From Thermoprotei archaeon (lineage in GTDB: Archaea > Thermoproteota > Thermoprotei_A > Sulfolobales > Acidilobaceae), in the NCBI GenBank assembly GCA_029335875.2, contig JARJMZ020000004.1:22649-86648 (forward strand): a DNA stretch of 64,000 nt, read 5' to 3'. This document shows positions 19,170 through 28,944 of this stretch, in pieces; position 1 is the first letter of the stretch; each line of letters begins with the position of its first letter. The notes beneath the pieces are model-generated. The model ran no database searches and was not told the origin of the DNA. It saw only the letters and a list, made by a program, of their open reading frames with translations. Made by a program: the position numbers and the translations under genes.

Positions 19170-20195
19170 TTGAGGTTACGCAAGTTGAGGGTCTGGGCTT
19201 CAACTCTCGGCGGGTTCGCTAGGAGCAGGCTTGTTAGGAGGGTTTTAAGAGATTACGAGCTTGGATTAATGAGCTATGGGGATGTTGAAAAGGTTTTACT
19301 GGAAGCTTCCTCAGCAGTCATAGGGGTTCAGGTTGCTTCGGGGCTTGCCTATGTTAATGATGGGATGCTAGACTGGCACGATATTTTCAGGCCCTTCGTG
19401 GAGTCATGGCGTAACGTGACCCCCACAGGGCTCCTCAGGTTTTTCGACAACAACTTCTTCTATAGGATCCCAAGGTTCACAGGGCTCCCAGAGCCTTCCA
19501 GGCTCGTGTGGGCTCCCAGGGTTAGAAAGTTCGCTCCTATAGCTGAGCCTTCAGGGTTTAAAGTCGTCCTCCCAGGTCCCGTAACTTTCGCCCTCATGTC
19601 TTCTAATGAGAGCGGCTATTCTCTCGAGGAGCTCTCGGAGGCTATAGCTAAACTACTAGCCGGGGAGGCTAGGGCCGCTGTTGAGGCTGGAGCTTCAATG
19701 GTTCAGATAGATGAGCCCACGCTAGCAGACCCAGAGGCTTCTAGGGACTCTGCAGTCCTCGCTGCGGAACTCTCTTCTAGGATAGCCTCAGCTTCGGGCC
19801 CCGCTAAGACATTGTTAGCCTTGTATTTCGACGTGCCCAGGGCTGATGTCTACGAGGAGCTCCTCAACTCTAAAGTTCAATGTTTATCTCTCGACTTGAT
19901 CGACGCTCCTGAGAGGGCTTTGAAACTCTTAGCCTCTAAAGGTTTCGGGGGTCACTGCGCTGTCCTCGGCCTCGTCAACTCTAGGGCTGTCCACGACGAC
20001 CCCATAGATAGGCTATCCTCTATAGCTGAGGAGGCCTTGAAAGACTATGGGGGGGAGGAGGCTGGCTTAACCACCAGCACATGGCTCGACCTCATACCCT
20101 ACGATTACAGTGTTAGGAAAGCGAGGATATTAGGTTTACTCGCCGAGAAGCTAGCATATAGTAGGGCTTGGGAGCTAGTGTGGAGGGCGGGGTGA
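19170..20195 (+). CDS. MetE N-terminal-domain-like protein (non-catalytic half of split cobalamin-independent methionine synthase)
   Basis: 341 aa with a UROD/MetE-like barrel (VQIDEP) but no Zn ligands. It lies directly upstream of the catalytic metE-like gene, an arrangement known in Crenarchaeota. Confidence 0.65.
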   Translation: MRLRKLRVWASTLGGFARSRLVRRVLRDYELGLMSYGDVEKVLLEASSAVIGVQVASGLAYVNDGMLDWHDIFRPFVESWRNVTPTGLLRFFDNNFFYRIPRFTGLPEPSRLVWAPRVRKFAPIAEPSGFKVVLPGPVTFALMSSNESGYSLEELSEAIAKLLAGEARAAVEAGASMVQIDEPTLADPEASRDSAVLAAELSSRIASASGPAKTLLALYFDVPRADVYEELLNSKVQCLSLDLIDAPERALKLLASKGFGGHCAVLGLVNSRAVHDDPIDRLSSIAEEALKDYGGEEAGLTTSTWLDLIPYDYSVRKARILGLLAEKLAYSRAWELVWRAG

Positions 20196-20201
20196 GAGGC
20201 G

Positions 20202-21197
20202 TTGGCCGGCTACACTATCCCCACGAAATTCCCCACTACTATTGTGGGTAGTTATCCTAAAATGCCCCAGGCTGAGGAGGCTATAAAGAGGAGGAAATCT
20301 GGGGAGATAGGCGAGGAGGAGTTTTTAGAGCTTGTTAAGCCCGCTGTTAGGGAGGTTGTAAACGATTACCTCTGGGCTGGAGTGGATATTATAAGTGATG
20401 GGGAGCAGGCTAGGGACGACATGGTTGTATACTTCGCCGAGAGGCTTAAAGGGTACGGTAGAGGGGACTGGGTAAGGGTTTTCGATAACGTCTACTTCAA
20501 GAAGCCGATAGTTACTGGTAAGGTTGAATGGCTGAGACCCATGATACTAGACCACTGGGAGTACGCTACGAGCATAAATATGGGGAGGCCTGTTAAAGCC
20601 ATTATAACAGGCCCCTACACTATGGTTGAGTGGAGTTTCGACATACACTATGGAGATAGGAGGGAGCTTGTGCTAGACCTAGCCAGGGTCATTAGGAGGG
20701 AGCTTGAGGAGCTGGTCAGGAGGGGGGCCAAGTATGTTCAGGTAGATGAGCCGGCACTATCCACCAGGCCCTGGAGGGAGGATGCGGAGCTCCTCAAGGA
20801 AGCTTTAGACATAGTGTTTAAAGGCTTAGACGCTAAGAGGATCGTCCACATATGTTTCGGGAGGCTGGAGAGGGTTATGCCATACATATTAGACTATCCC
20901 GTAGACCAGTTCGACCTGGAAATGAAAAACAGCAACTTCAGACTACTACCTTACCTCAAAGAATACGGCTACAACAAGGAGCTAGGCTTCGGGGTAGTAG
21001 ATGTGCACACACACCAGGTGGAGAGCGTGAAGGAAATAGAAGAGGCTATAGACAAGCTCATGAAGATGGACATAGTGGGGCCGGAGAAAACATACATAAA
21101 ACCAGACTGTGGCCTGAAAAGACAGCAGAGGGAGACAGCAAGGCTAAAACTCAAAAACATGGTAGAAGCAGCTAAGAAAGCCAGAGAGAAATGGTAG
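20202..21197 (+). CDS. metE: cobalamin-independent methionine synthase, catalytic (MetE C-terminal-like) protein
   Basis: Motifs VGSYPK, ISDGEQ, VQVDEP, and the Zn ligands HICFG and PDCGL. Confidence 0.85.
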   Translation: MAGYTIPTKFPTTIVGSYPKMPQAEEAIKRRKSGEIGEEEFLELVKPAVREVVNDYLWAGVDIISDGEQARDDMVVYFAERLKGYGRGDWVRVFDNVYFKKPIVTGKVEWLRPMILDHWEYATSINMGRPVKAIITGPYTMVEWSFDIHYGDRRELVLDLARVIRRELEELVRRGAKYVQVDEPALSTRPWREDAELLKEALDIVFKGLDAKRIVHICFGRLERVMPYILDYPVDQFDLEMKNSNFRLLPYLKEYGYNKELGFGVVDVHTHQVESVKEIEEAIDKLMKMDIVGPEKTYIKPDCGLKRQQRETARLKLKNMVEAAKKAREKW

Positions 21198-21200
21198 AAG

Positions 21201-21548
21201 CTAGAGGAGCAGGAACGTTAAAGCCACACCAATCATTAAAAGCGAAGCAGACCATGCGATAACCCTGTAGACATAGAGGAGAATTTTTAGAAAACCATTA
21301 AACCCCCCATACTTTCCATAGAGAGACTCGGCCACAATCATGACGTGGATGCACCCAACTATAACCAGGTAGTCCGCAACCAGGTCCAAGTGGATCAGAG
21401 AGCATAGGGCATACTCCCCCATCAACCCTAAGGTTAAAGTCCCTATGAGGGTCTCAGACTTCATGCAGTAGCCTGAGAGGGCTGCTAGGAACGCTAGGGG
21501 CGCCAGCAATATTCCAGTCGCAGCTACTAGGAGGGCTAGGAGGCTCAA
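21201..21548 (-). CDS. hypothetical membrane protein
   Basis: 115 aa with about four hydrophobic helices. Confidence 0.4.
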   Translation of the reverse strand: MSLLALLVAATGILLAPLAFLAALSGYCMKSETLIGTLTLGLMGEYALCSLIHLDLVADYLVIVGCIHVMIVAESLYGKYGGFNGFLKILLYVYRVIAWSASLLMIGVALTFLLL

Positions 21549-21607
21549 GGCTTGTCTCCGCTAGATTTTAAACTCTAGCCTAGTTAAATATAGGAGGGGC
21601 TACTCTT

Positions 21608-22426
21608 ATGGTTTCCCGCAGGTTTTTCATAGTGGGCCTTACAGCTTCTATACTTGCTTCCCTAGGAGTGTTTCCTGCCGTGTTCGCGGCCGCTAGAAGG
21701 TATAGGCCTAAGGGTTATACTGGCGAGGGCTATTACAGGGTTGAGGGGGGCTCTATAGAGTTGCCTATGCCCTCCCTCGACGGCCCCGTTAGCCTTGAGA
21801 AGTCCCTAGCTCATAGGAGGAGTATTAGAGAGTATACTAGCGAGCCCCTCAGGCTGGAAGAGCTCTCCCAAATACTCTGGGCTGCTTATGGCGTTAGCGA
21901 GGTTAAACACGGCTTCAAGACCGCCCCCAGCGCCGGCGCCACATATCCTTTGAACGTTTACGCCGTCATATATCCGGGGGGTGTGGTAACGTTAACCGGG
22001 GAGTTTATTGAGGGGGGCTCATACATTTACGAGCCCGAAGCCCACAGGCTCACCCTAGTCAAAAAAGGAGACATGTCAAGGGAACTGTACGGGGCGTGCC
22101 TAGAGCAGGAATGGGTGTTAGAAGCTAAAACATCCATAGTCATAACAGCAGTCTACGAGAGGACAACGAAAAGATACGGGAACAGGGGTGTTAGATATGT
22201 TTTAATAGAAGTAGGGCACGCAGGCCAAAACATATACCTTCAAGCCACAGCCCTGGGACTAGCGACAGTAGCCATAGGAGCCTTCTACGATGATAGTGTG
22301 AGAGAAATAATAGGGGCGGGCGAGGCGGAGCACCCGCTATACGTAATGCCCCTAGCGGGGCCAGCCCGCAAATACCAGATTAGAGAGGAAGAGCTTAAAG
22401 CATACATAGAGAGGCGTAGAAGGTAA
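21608..22426 (+). CDS. SagB-type dehydrogenase / nitroreductase-family protein with an N-terminal anchor
   Basis: The nitroreductase fold is marked by HRRSIREY, PSAGATYP and VGHAGQN. The N-terminus is hydrophobic. Confidence 0.7.
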   Translation: MVSRRFFIVGLTASILASLGVFPAVFAAARRYRPKGYTGEGYYRVEGGSIELPMPSLDGPVSLEKSLAHRRSIREYTSEPLRLEELSQILWAAYGVSEVKHGFKTAPSAGATYPLNVYAVIYPGGVVTLTGEFIEGGSYIYEPEAHRLTLVKKGDMSRELYGACLEQEWVLEAKTSIVITAVYERTTKRYGNRGVRYVLIEVGHAGQNIYLQATALGLATVAIGAFYDDSVREIIGAGEAEHPLYVMPLAGPARKYQIREEELKAYIERRRR

Positions 22427-22544
22427 ACCAGTAACCCCGGCGGCCGCGCGAGTGCCTTAAAGTTAATGCTCGAGGATTGAGTTTTAGGGGTGTTACTTGG
22501 GGATAGTATTATTTAAGCTTTAGACTTAGCTGGGGCTTTGGTGC

Positions 22545-22994
22545 TTGGGTTTGGCTAAATATAGGGTTGCCATAGCTGGCACCTCTGAAGGCGTAATATA
22601 CCCTGGGCATTTCGCCCATGCTGAGGTGTTTCACGTCTACGATTTTGACGGTGATAGTGGTAGTTTCGCTTTCGTGGAGGAGAGGATTAACCCTCTAGGT
22701 TCCGTTCCCGACGTTGACGTTGAAGGGGGGCATAGGCATGTAGTTGAAGGCGCTCCTCTCCGCGGGCCTGAGAAGTATGAGTGGCTTAGGAGTAATGTTC
22801 TAGGCGATGCTGATGTTGTTATTGCCGCCGATGCTTGCCAGACTAGCTACATGGTTTTCACGGGTAAAGGCGTCAGGCTCATATTCACGGATGCTGGAAT
22901 CCCCATTGAGGACCTTGTAGCCTACGTTGAGATGAAGTCTAACGAGTTTAACGATATACTGGAGAGCTACTTCGAAGAGGAGGAGTCAAGCTAG
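22545..22994 (+). CDS. NifB/NifX-superfamily (dinitrogenase FeMo-cofactor binding-like) domain protein
   Basis: About 149 aa, starting RVAIAG...GHFAHAEVFHVY, typical of this small alpha/beta domain. Assignment rests on pattern resemblance only. Confidence 0.45.
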   Translation: MGLAKYRVAIAGTSEGVIYPGHFAHAEVFHVYDFDGDSGSFAFVEERINPLGSVPDVDVEGGHRHVVEGAPLRGPEKYEWLRSNVLGDADVVIAADACQTSYMVFTGKGVRLIFTDAGIPIEDLVAYVEMKSNEFNDILESYFEEEESS

Positions 22995-24290
22995 CTCCTC
23001 CACACCCCTACCAGCACTCTCCACGCCCCTAACATACCAGGCTATCGAGGCTGCGAGGCCCAGGAGCCATAGTATTGAAGCCCAAGCTATGAAGCCTTCC
23101 GCTGACAGGAAGAGCTCAGAGTATACTGTTATAGCCCCGGCTATCCCCGTTAAACTCACCAGGAACCCTACTATGGAAGCCCTCACACCCGTAGGGAACA
23201 GCTCGCTTTGGAGCACGCTAATAGAGCCCCAAGCCCACTCTGAGAATATGAGGTTGAGGAAGAGCGCTGCGAAGAAGGCTATTAAGGCAGCAGCATTATG
23301 GAATAGAGCCACAAGCACTACAGTTGTGAAGCCCCCCAGGAACGCTAGGAGTATTGAGAGCCTCCTAACTCTATCTATTAAAGGTAGTAGGAGGAAAGCC
23401 CCAACCGAAGCGCCGAGATTAGCCACTAAAATCACCATAGGAGCCCTTTCAACCCCGAAAGTGAAACCTTTAGCGTAAGGAGTGTAGTATGCCAGCATCC
23501 CATAGGTTACATACTGCGTCACAGTCACTACAGCTAGAACGAGTATTCTGAAGGGGTATTTCGAGAAGGCCTCCCTAAGACCAATACTCTGCTCGGGGGG
23601 CAGCTCGAAGGAGATGGGGGCCTTTGAACGGGTGAACCTCCTAACAATAGCCTCAGCCTCCCCCCTCCTGCCTTTAACCGCGAGCCACCTAACACTCTCG
23701 GGAAGCGCTAGTCTCGAGAGCCCCACAACCGAAGCTGTGCCTAGAGCTGAGAGGAGTAGAAGCCTGGCTTGAACTACTGGATCCTCGTATATAAGAGCGT
23801 AAACTAGCCCGGCCCCAGCTATTAAAGCAGCCCCCATGTTCCAGAAGTTTGTAGCTATCATTAGAGCTTTACCCCTATGTGCTTTAGGGGTCAGCTCGGC
23901 CATGGCTGCGTATGCGGCGCCGAACTCCCCGCCTATGCCGAAAGTCATCACGCTCGTCAATATGAGGAATAGTAGGGGGTTCTCGTATGTGAAGAATAAT
24001 AGTATTAAGGCTCCAGCCTCTAGAGCTAGGGCCACTGTGAATACGAGCCTCCTCCCATAAACGTCGGCGAGCCTCCCTAGCGTTAGGGCTCCAAGCCACT
24101 CGGCTAGGAGGTTTACTGCTAAGACGTGTATGGCTATGTCTGGGGCTATTATATAAGCTAGTAGGGGCGCTATGCTGAACATTACCCCATCTAGGAAATA
24201 ATTTAAGGATACTATCGTGAATAGCTTCCAATGCTCTGAACCCCAGCCGGCGGAGTCTAGCAGTTCCGTGAATTTTACATGCCTGCTCAA
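22986..24290 (-). CDS. MFS transporter (sugar-porter-like)
   Basis: 434 aa with 12 hydrophobic helices and the motif GRLADVYGRR. Confidence 0.8.
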   Translation of the reverse strand: MSRHVKFTELLDSAGWGSEHWKLFTIVSLNYFLDGVMFSIAPLLAYIIAPDIAIHVLAVNLLAEWLGALTLGRLADVYGRRLVFTVALALEAGALILLFFTYENPLLFLILTSVMTFGIGGEFGAAYAAMAELTPKAHRGKALMIATNFWNMGAALIAGAGLVYALIYEDPVVQARLLLLSALGTASVVGLSRLALPESVRWLAVKGRRGEAEAIVRRFTRSKAPISFELPPEQSIGLREAFSKYPFRILVLAVVTVTQYVTYGMLAYYTPYAKGFTFGVERAPMVILVANLGASVGAFLLLPLIDRVRRLSILLAFLGGFTTVVLVALFHNAAALIAFFAALFLNLIFSEWAWGSISVLQSELFPTGVRASIVGFLVSLTGIAGAITVYSELFLSAEGFIAWASILWLLGLAASIAWYVRGVESAGRGVEELA

Positions 24291-25367
24291 GCCTCATCAG
24301 ACCCTAGATTAAAGCTTAATAACCTTGTTTATAAACTTTTCTATAACTGGGTTAAAACATTGATGTCCCCCTTAGAGTTTGTAGCCAGGCGTGTCACGCC
24401 CTACATTAGGGGCCTCATAGCTATCCAGCTTGTGGAAAGCGGGTTCAGCCAGCCTAAGGTGGCTTCCCTCCTAGGCGTCTCTCAACCCATGATATCTAAG
24501 TATTTAAAGTATGGGGCTGAGGGTATGCTTAGGAAGCTCAAGGAGGCTGGGGTCGACGAGCCCGAGGCTCTCGCCATAGCTAAGAGCCTGGCCTTGAGGC
24601 TTGCCGAGAACAAGGTTGAAGCCCTCCAAGCCCTTGCTGTCATAGAGTTTTCCCTCCTAGCCCGCGGCATCATATGTAGCGGGTATGTTAAAGCCGCCAG
24701 GCTCCCAGAGGCTTGCAAGGTGCTCAACGTCTACTATGAAACCGGAGACCCCTACATAGCTGAGGTTGAACACGCTTATAGGGAAATAGCTTCAATAAAG
24801 GGGATAAGCAGGCTGATCCCCGAAGTTGGAAGTAACATTGTAGTTATGAGGAGAGACGCTAGGAGCATAGCGGAGGCTGTAGCGTTCCCCGGGAGGATAA
24901 TTAAGATGGATGACTCCATAGTTGCTGTGGGTAGACCCTCATATGGGGGGAGCAGGTTCATGGCTACAATAGTTTTAGAGGCTTCAAGACTCTGGGGTAA
25001 ACATAGGGCCGCCATAGCTGTTAAGAGAGATGAAAAGCTCCTTAAAACATTCAAAAACCTAGGCCTAGAGGTTTGCGAGTTCACGCCCACGAGGGGCTTA
25101 GAAAGGTATTTCGAGGATTTAAGGGAAACCATGGAGGCTCGGGGAAGACCTTGCGACATCATAGACGACCGTGGGGGCCCCGGGATAGAGCCTATAACAT
25201 ATATACTAGCGCCGTCAGCGGCGGAGGCTGTGAGCATCTTGAGAGAAGCTGTTAGGATATTCTACTCCACAAGCGCGCCCTCCAAGGGCACAAGCTTTAA
25301 GGGGGCCAAGCTTAAAGCCTCTGAAATCTCCCCCCTCGACACGCCGGACTCCTCCAGGGGCCCATAA
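24279..25367 (+). CDS. HTH + ThiN-domain protein (ThiR-like thiamine regulator or ThiN thiamine-phosphate synthase)
   Basis: HTH SQPKVASLLGVSQPMISKYL is followed by a ThiN-like domain (LIPEVGSNIVV...FPGRI...GGSRFMA). The likely start is ATG 24364 (MSPLEF). The 3' end overlaps the convergent lplA-like gene by 106 nt. Confidence 0.6.
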   Translation: MPAQASSDPRLKLNNLVYKLFYNWVKTLMSPLEFVARRVTPYIRGLIAIQLVESGFSQPKVASLLGVSQPMISKYLKYGAEGMLRKLKEAGVDEPEALAIAKSLALRLAENKVEALQALAVIEFSLLARGIICSGYVKAARLPEACKVLNVYYETGDPYIAEVEHAYREIASIKGISRLIPEVGSNIVVMRRDARSIAEAVAFPGRIIKMDDSIVAVGRPSYGGSRFMATIVLEASRLWGKHRAAIAVKRDEKLLKTFKNLGLEVCEFTPTRGLERYFEDLRETMEARGRPCDIIDDRGGPGIEPITYILAPSAAEAVSILREAVRIFYSTSAPSKGTSFKGAKLKASEISPLDTPDSSRGP

Positions 25368-26026
25368 GCATACTCTAAAGCCGAGTGTAGAGCCTCTAGG
25401 GCTTCTCTCAAGTTAACCCCGGCTATGTCCATTAGGTTGCCAGGGTTATACTTAGAACCCGTAACCTCCCCTCTAAGAACCCTGTCAAGCCTAGGCTTTA
25501 TGAGGGCTTTCAAAACCTCCATGTTAGAAGCTACTAGGAGTGTTGAGTGCACAAGATAGCCTCCCCCCTTTAAAGCCGCAGCCGTCCCTGAAACTTTATA
25601 TCCGCTAACCACGACATCGTTACCGTTCTCCACGCGGGCCTCAACCCCTAAGAGTTTGAGAGCCCCCACTATGATACTTGTAGCTTCACCGTAAACCTCA
25701 TCCAGCCTCTTCATGTTGGGGGAGCTCCTTATAATCGACACGTTCAAGTTTCCATAGTCATGGTAGACTGCGCCCCCGCCACTCACCCTCCTAACCACGG
25801 GGACCCCCATTCTAGCAGCTTCCCCACACCTGACTTCCTCGCAGGGCTTCAAGCTGTAACCTATGACTATTGAGGGCGGGTTTACCCATATCCTCACAAC
25901 ATCCCCCCTCAAACCAGCCCTAACCCTCTCTAGAAGGACTTCTTCTAATGCTACGTTTACGGGCGGGCTGGGGTGGCTGTATTTTACTATTTCCACTTCT
26001 CCTCTACAGCCCCCCAGATGTTCCAC
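25262..26026 (-). CDS. lipoate-protein ligase / octanoyltransferase family protein (BPL_LplA_LipB catalytic domain), paralogue 2
   Basis: RRVSGGGAVYHD and GYKVSGTAA (the catalytic Lys position) match the LplA catalytic module. Confidence 0.7.
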   Translation of the reverse strand: MEHLGGCRGEVEIVKYSHPSPPVNVALEEVLLERVRAGLRGDVVRIWVNPPSIVIGYSLKPCEEVRCGEAARMGVPVVRRVSGGGAVYHDYGNLNVSIIRSSPNMKRLDEVYGEATSIIVGALKLLGVEARVENGNDVVVSGYKVSGTAAALKGGGYLVHSTLLVASNMEVLKALIKPRLDRVLRGEVTGSKYNPGNLMDIAGVNLREALEALHSALEYAYGPLEESGVSRGEISEALSLAPLKLVPLEGALVE

Positions 26027-26802
26027 TCGTCCCTAGAGTATTTTACTTTGTAGAGTTCCAGGGCTAGGCTGAGCTCCTCCGCTGAGAGGCTCGACTTGAA
26101 CGTGTCCCTATAACCTAGAGCCTCCATAAAACCCTCAATTAGGGCTTCAATTATGGAGCTTAGAGGGATGTCCCCAATAAGATCCCTTAAACCGCTAACA
26201 ACATCTCCAGCCCTAACGATTTCGGGGCCCCCAACATTTATTACAGAGGTGAAAACTACAGGGTCATATGATAATAGCAGGGTCCCATGCTGGAGCAAGG
26301 CCCCCCAGCTCCTCCTCTGAGCGCTCCCCGAAACCTTCCTACCCCCAACTAGAACATCGCTAGAGCCCGGGTTAACATAGCAGTAGTTGCTGGAGCCAGG
26401 CTCCCCCAAGCCCCTAACCCCAGCTTCAAGCCCGAGCCTCCTCGCCGCCAGAGCCACCCCCCATGCTATCCTGGCTGCCGACGAGGATACGTCCAGAGCG
26501 TAAAGCTCGTGGCCGCTTGAGAGGACAACGCTATAAGTCACCTCCCCTTCTTGGGGGTGTAGTAGGGCTGCCCCCCCAGTTGGCCTCCTAACAAGCTTAA
26601 ACCCCAGTCTACCTATAGCTTCTATGTTTACAGATTTCAGCGCGTCCTGCCCTCTACCTAGGCTTACCCCGCTGGGGAGCCACATGTATAGTCTTAGCGT
26701 GTCATAGTCTACCCTAGTTCTAGCCCTAGCTATAGCCTCGTCTATAGCCATGTTAAGCTGGGGATCCCTGGGGCCGTCAACTATTACCCTGAGGGGGCTC
26801 AT
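25987..26802 (-). CDS. lipoate-protein ligase / octanoyltransferase family protein, paralogue 1
   Basis: [11 protein letters not shown] and [11 protein letters not shown]...LQHGTLLL match the LplA catalytic module. Confidence 0.75.
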   Translation of the reverse strand: MSPLRVIVDGPRDPQLNMAIDEAIARARTRVDYDTLRLYMWLPSGVSLGRGQDALKSVNIEAIGRLGFKLVRRPTGGAALLHPQEGEVTYSVVLSSGHELYALDVSSSAARIAWGVALAARRLGLEAGVRGLGEPGSSNYCYVNPGSSDVLVGGRKVSGSAQRRSWGALLQHGTLLLSYDPVVFTSVINVGGPEIVRAGDVVSGLRDLIGDIPLSSIIEALIEGFMEALGYRDTFKSSLSAEELSLALELYKVKYSRDEWNIWGAVEEKWK

Positions 26803-27667
26803 AGCCCACCGCCTTGAGGGCTGAGTAATAGGCTTCCCTAGCCTTATAAGATGTCCTAGCTAGAGGGTGGGCTACGACATACGAGAACCCCAGGCTGTAG
26901 GCTGTTTTCTCGAGTTCAGAATACTCTGCTAGCGTGTACATTTTAACTAGGGGGTAGTGTCTGGGGCTGGGCCTCAAATACTGTGAGAGAACTAGTATGT
27001 CTACGCCGGCCCCCCTCAAGTCCCTCATAGCTTCAACAACCTCCTCTAAGCTCTCCCCGAAACCTAAGAGTATTGAAGACTTGGTTACAAGCTTCGGGTT
27101 AAACTTCTTAGCGTAGCTTAAAACTTTAAGGCTCTGGTCGTAGCCAGCCCTCCAATCCCTAACCTTAGGGGTCAGCCTCCTAACAGTCTCAATGTTATGG
27201 GCTAGAACGTCTGGACCCGCCTCAACCACTGTCTTTAAAGCTTCGAGATCCCCCTGGAAATCCGGTATGAGAACCTCAACTTTAACCCCCGGGTTCACGG
27301 TTTTAACAGCCCTAATGGTTTCAGCAAAATGACCGGCACCGCCATCAGGCAGGTCATCCCTGTCGACGGAGGTTATAGTGACATAGTCTAACCCCAAGAC
27401 TCTCACAGCTTCAGCAACTCTAAGAGGCTCCAGGGGGTCTAAAGGCTTGGGCTTACCCTTCCTCACATAGCAAAACCTACAACCCCTAGTGCAAACATCG
27501 CCCATGATCATGAATGTAGCTATGCCTCCACCCCAACACTCTAAAATGTTAGGGCAAAGAGCCCCCTCACAGACAGTAGCTATGTTAAGTCCTGAGACAA
27601 GCCTGGAAACACTCAAATACCTCTCATTAATCGAAACCCTCAGCCTAACCTTCTCCATAAGCTTCAA
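26777..27667 (-). CDS. lipA: lipoyl synthase
   Basis: Radical [11 protein letters not shown] plus the LipA-specific N-terminal CX4CX5C ([12 protein letters not shown]). Confidence 0.9.
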   Translation of the reverse strand: MKLMEKVRLRVSINERYLSVSRLVSGLNIATVCEGALCPNILECWGGGIATFMIMGDVCTRGCRFCYVRKGKPKPLDPLEPLRVAEAVRVLGLDYVTITSVDRDDLPDGGAGHFAETIRAVKTVNPGVKVEVLIPDFQGDLEALKTVVEAGPDVLAHNIETVRRLTPKVRDWRAGYDQSLKVLSYAKKFNPKLVTKSSILLGFGESLEEVVEAMRDLRGAGVDILVLSQYLRPSPRHYPLVKMYTLAEYSELEKTAYSLGFSYVVAHPLARTSYKAREAYYSALKAVGYEPPQGNS

Positions 27668-27899
27668 CCCTCAAAAGCCCGCCTCCAGGACCAACAACAT
27701 CCCCAGGGCGAGCCAGAACCTCCCGGACAACACCCTCAACATGAGACTCTATAACGAGGACAGCCTTCTCGATCTCAACCTCAGCAACAGGCTCCCCCAC
27801 ACTAACCCTATCGCCGGGAACCTTGAAAACATTAACAACCCTGCCAACCCAGCCACCCCTCCTAGGCCAAAGCTCCTCAGGAACCCTGATAACAGCCAA
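27645..27899 (-). CDS. stand-alone lipoyl/biotinyl-attachment domain protein
   Basis: 84-aa flattened-barrel pattern [30 protein letters not shown], with the modifiable Lys in EIEKA. It is the first gene of the lipA cluster. Confidence 0.6.
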   Translation of the reverse strand: MAVIRVPEELWPRRGGWVGRVVNVFKVPGDRVSVGEPVAEVEIEKAVLVIESHVEGVVREVLARPGDVVGPGGGLLRVEAYGEG

Positions 27900-28209
27900 G
27901 ACTGAACACCTGAATCTCAGTAGAATCTTAAGCTTAAAAAGCAGCCAGCAAAAAGATCATAGTTCCCCCACGTAAAAAGCAGAAAGACCCTAAAACGGGA
28001 GGGCAAACAAAAGAAAACACGCCATCAACCTGCCAGCATATAAAGTTGCTCAAACCCAAATGACACCCCCGTGACAGCCTCTAGAATTACAGTTTCAAGG
28101 TTTTAAACTTTAGTAGCCCTAAAAAATTCATGGTGCTAAGGGTGGCCGCCGACTTTAAAAAGAGCTCTTAAGGCTTTTAAAGGAAGACGAGGAATTCAGA
28201 CACGCGATC

Positions 28210-28773
28210 TTGGGACTTATAGGCTTAGAGGAGATCCTAAAAGCCATTAAGAGCCTACAGGAGCAGGTTGCCGGTTTGCAGAAGCAGTTTGTCGTAATGC
28301 AAGAGCAGATTGCTGGCTTACAGAAACAGTTTGTCGCCTTACAGGAGCAGGTTGCCGGCCTTCAACAGCAGATGGTTAAGCTGAGTGGGACTATAGCGGC
28401 TCTTGGGATGAGGTATGGTGTTTTGACGGAGGAAGTGTTTAGGGAGGCCGTCAGGTACCTCGTGGAGGATCTGCTTAAGGCTTATAGGGTTGAAAGCTGG
28501 ACATACTACGATAAGGATGGCCGCGTGTTTAACGCACCTTCAATAGTGGATGTTGACGTTCTAGTAAGAGACGAGGAACATGTACTTGTAGAGTATAAGG
28601 CTCACATAGATAGGGGTGATGTAGCTGAACTCTTCAAAATAGGGGAGCTATATGCTGAAGTTAGAAAAGTTAAGCCTAAACTGTTAATAGTAGGCCCCAC
28701 AGCGACTTCGAGGGCCTTAAAACTAGCTGAAGAGCTTAAAGTAGATGTTAGAACTGAACACGTGTTCCAGTAG
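28210..28773 (+). CDS. coiled-coil protein with a C-terminal PD-(D/E)xK-like domain
   Basis: The N-terminus has three 14-aa repeats (QEQVAGLQKQFV-type). The C-terminal half has D...VDVLV...VLVEYK, consistent with a restriction-endonuclease-like fold. A possible 5' extension from ATG 28130 is out of frame at the A5 run 28157-28161. Confidence 0.5.
   Translation: MGLIGLEEILKAIKSLQEQVAGLQKQFVVMQEQIAGLQKQFVALQEQVAGLQQQMVKLSGTIAALGMRYGVLTEEVFREAVRYLVEDLLKAYRVESWTYYDKDGRVFNAPSIVDVDVLVRDEEHVLVEYKAHIDRGDVAELFKIGELYAEVRKVKPKLLIVGPTATSRALKLAEELKVDVRTEHVFQ
28255..28380 (+). repeat. 3 x 42-nt in-frame tandem repeat inside the CDS
   Basis: Units at 28255-28296, 28297-28338 and 28339-28380 are close variants of CTACAGGAGCAGGTTGCCGGTTTGCAGAAGCAGTTTGTCGTA. 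Confidence 0.9.
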
Positions 28774-28944
28774 GCGGGCCTTTGTTTGCTTAGGATCTGC
28801 TTGAAGCCTTAAATCCGGTTCATATCTTCATGTTTAACGTTGACTGTAGCAGTTTTAATGTGTTTTAGGAGATTACTAGGCACGGCTTAAGTTTTGAGTA
28901 TTTCTTATTTTAGCTGTCGAGTTTCAAGTTGTTTCTGGTGTCTA

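Noticed and set aside
20852-21175. 107-aa alternative-frame ORF inside metE.
   Set aside because: It is an Arg/Gly-rich out-of-frame translation inside a well-supported gene.
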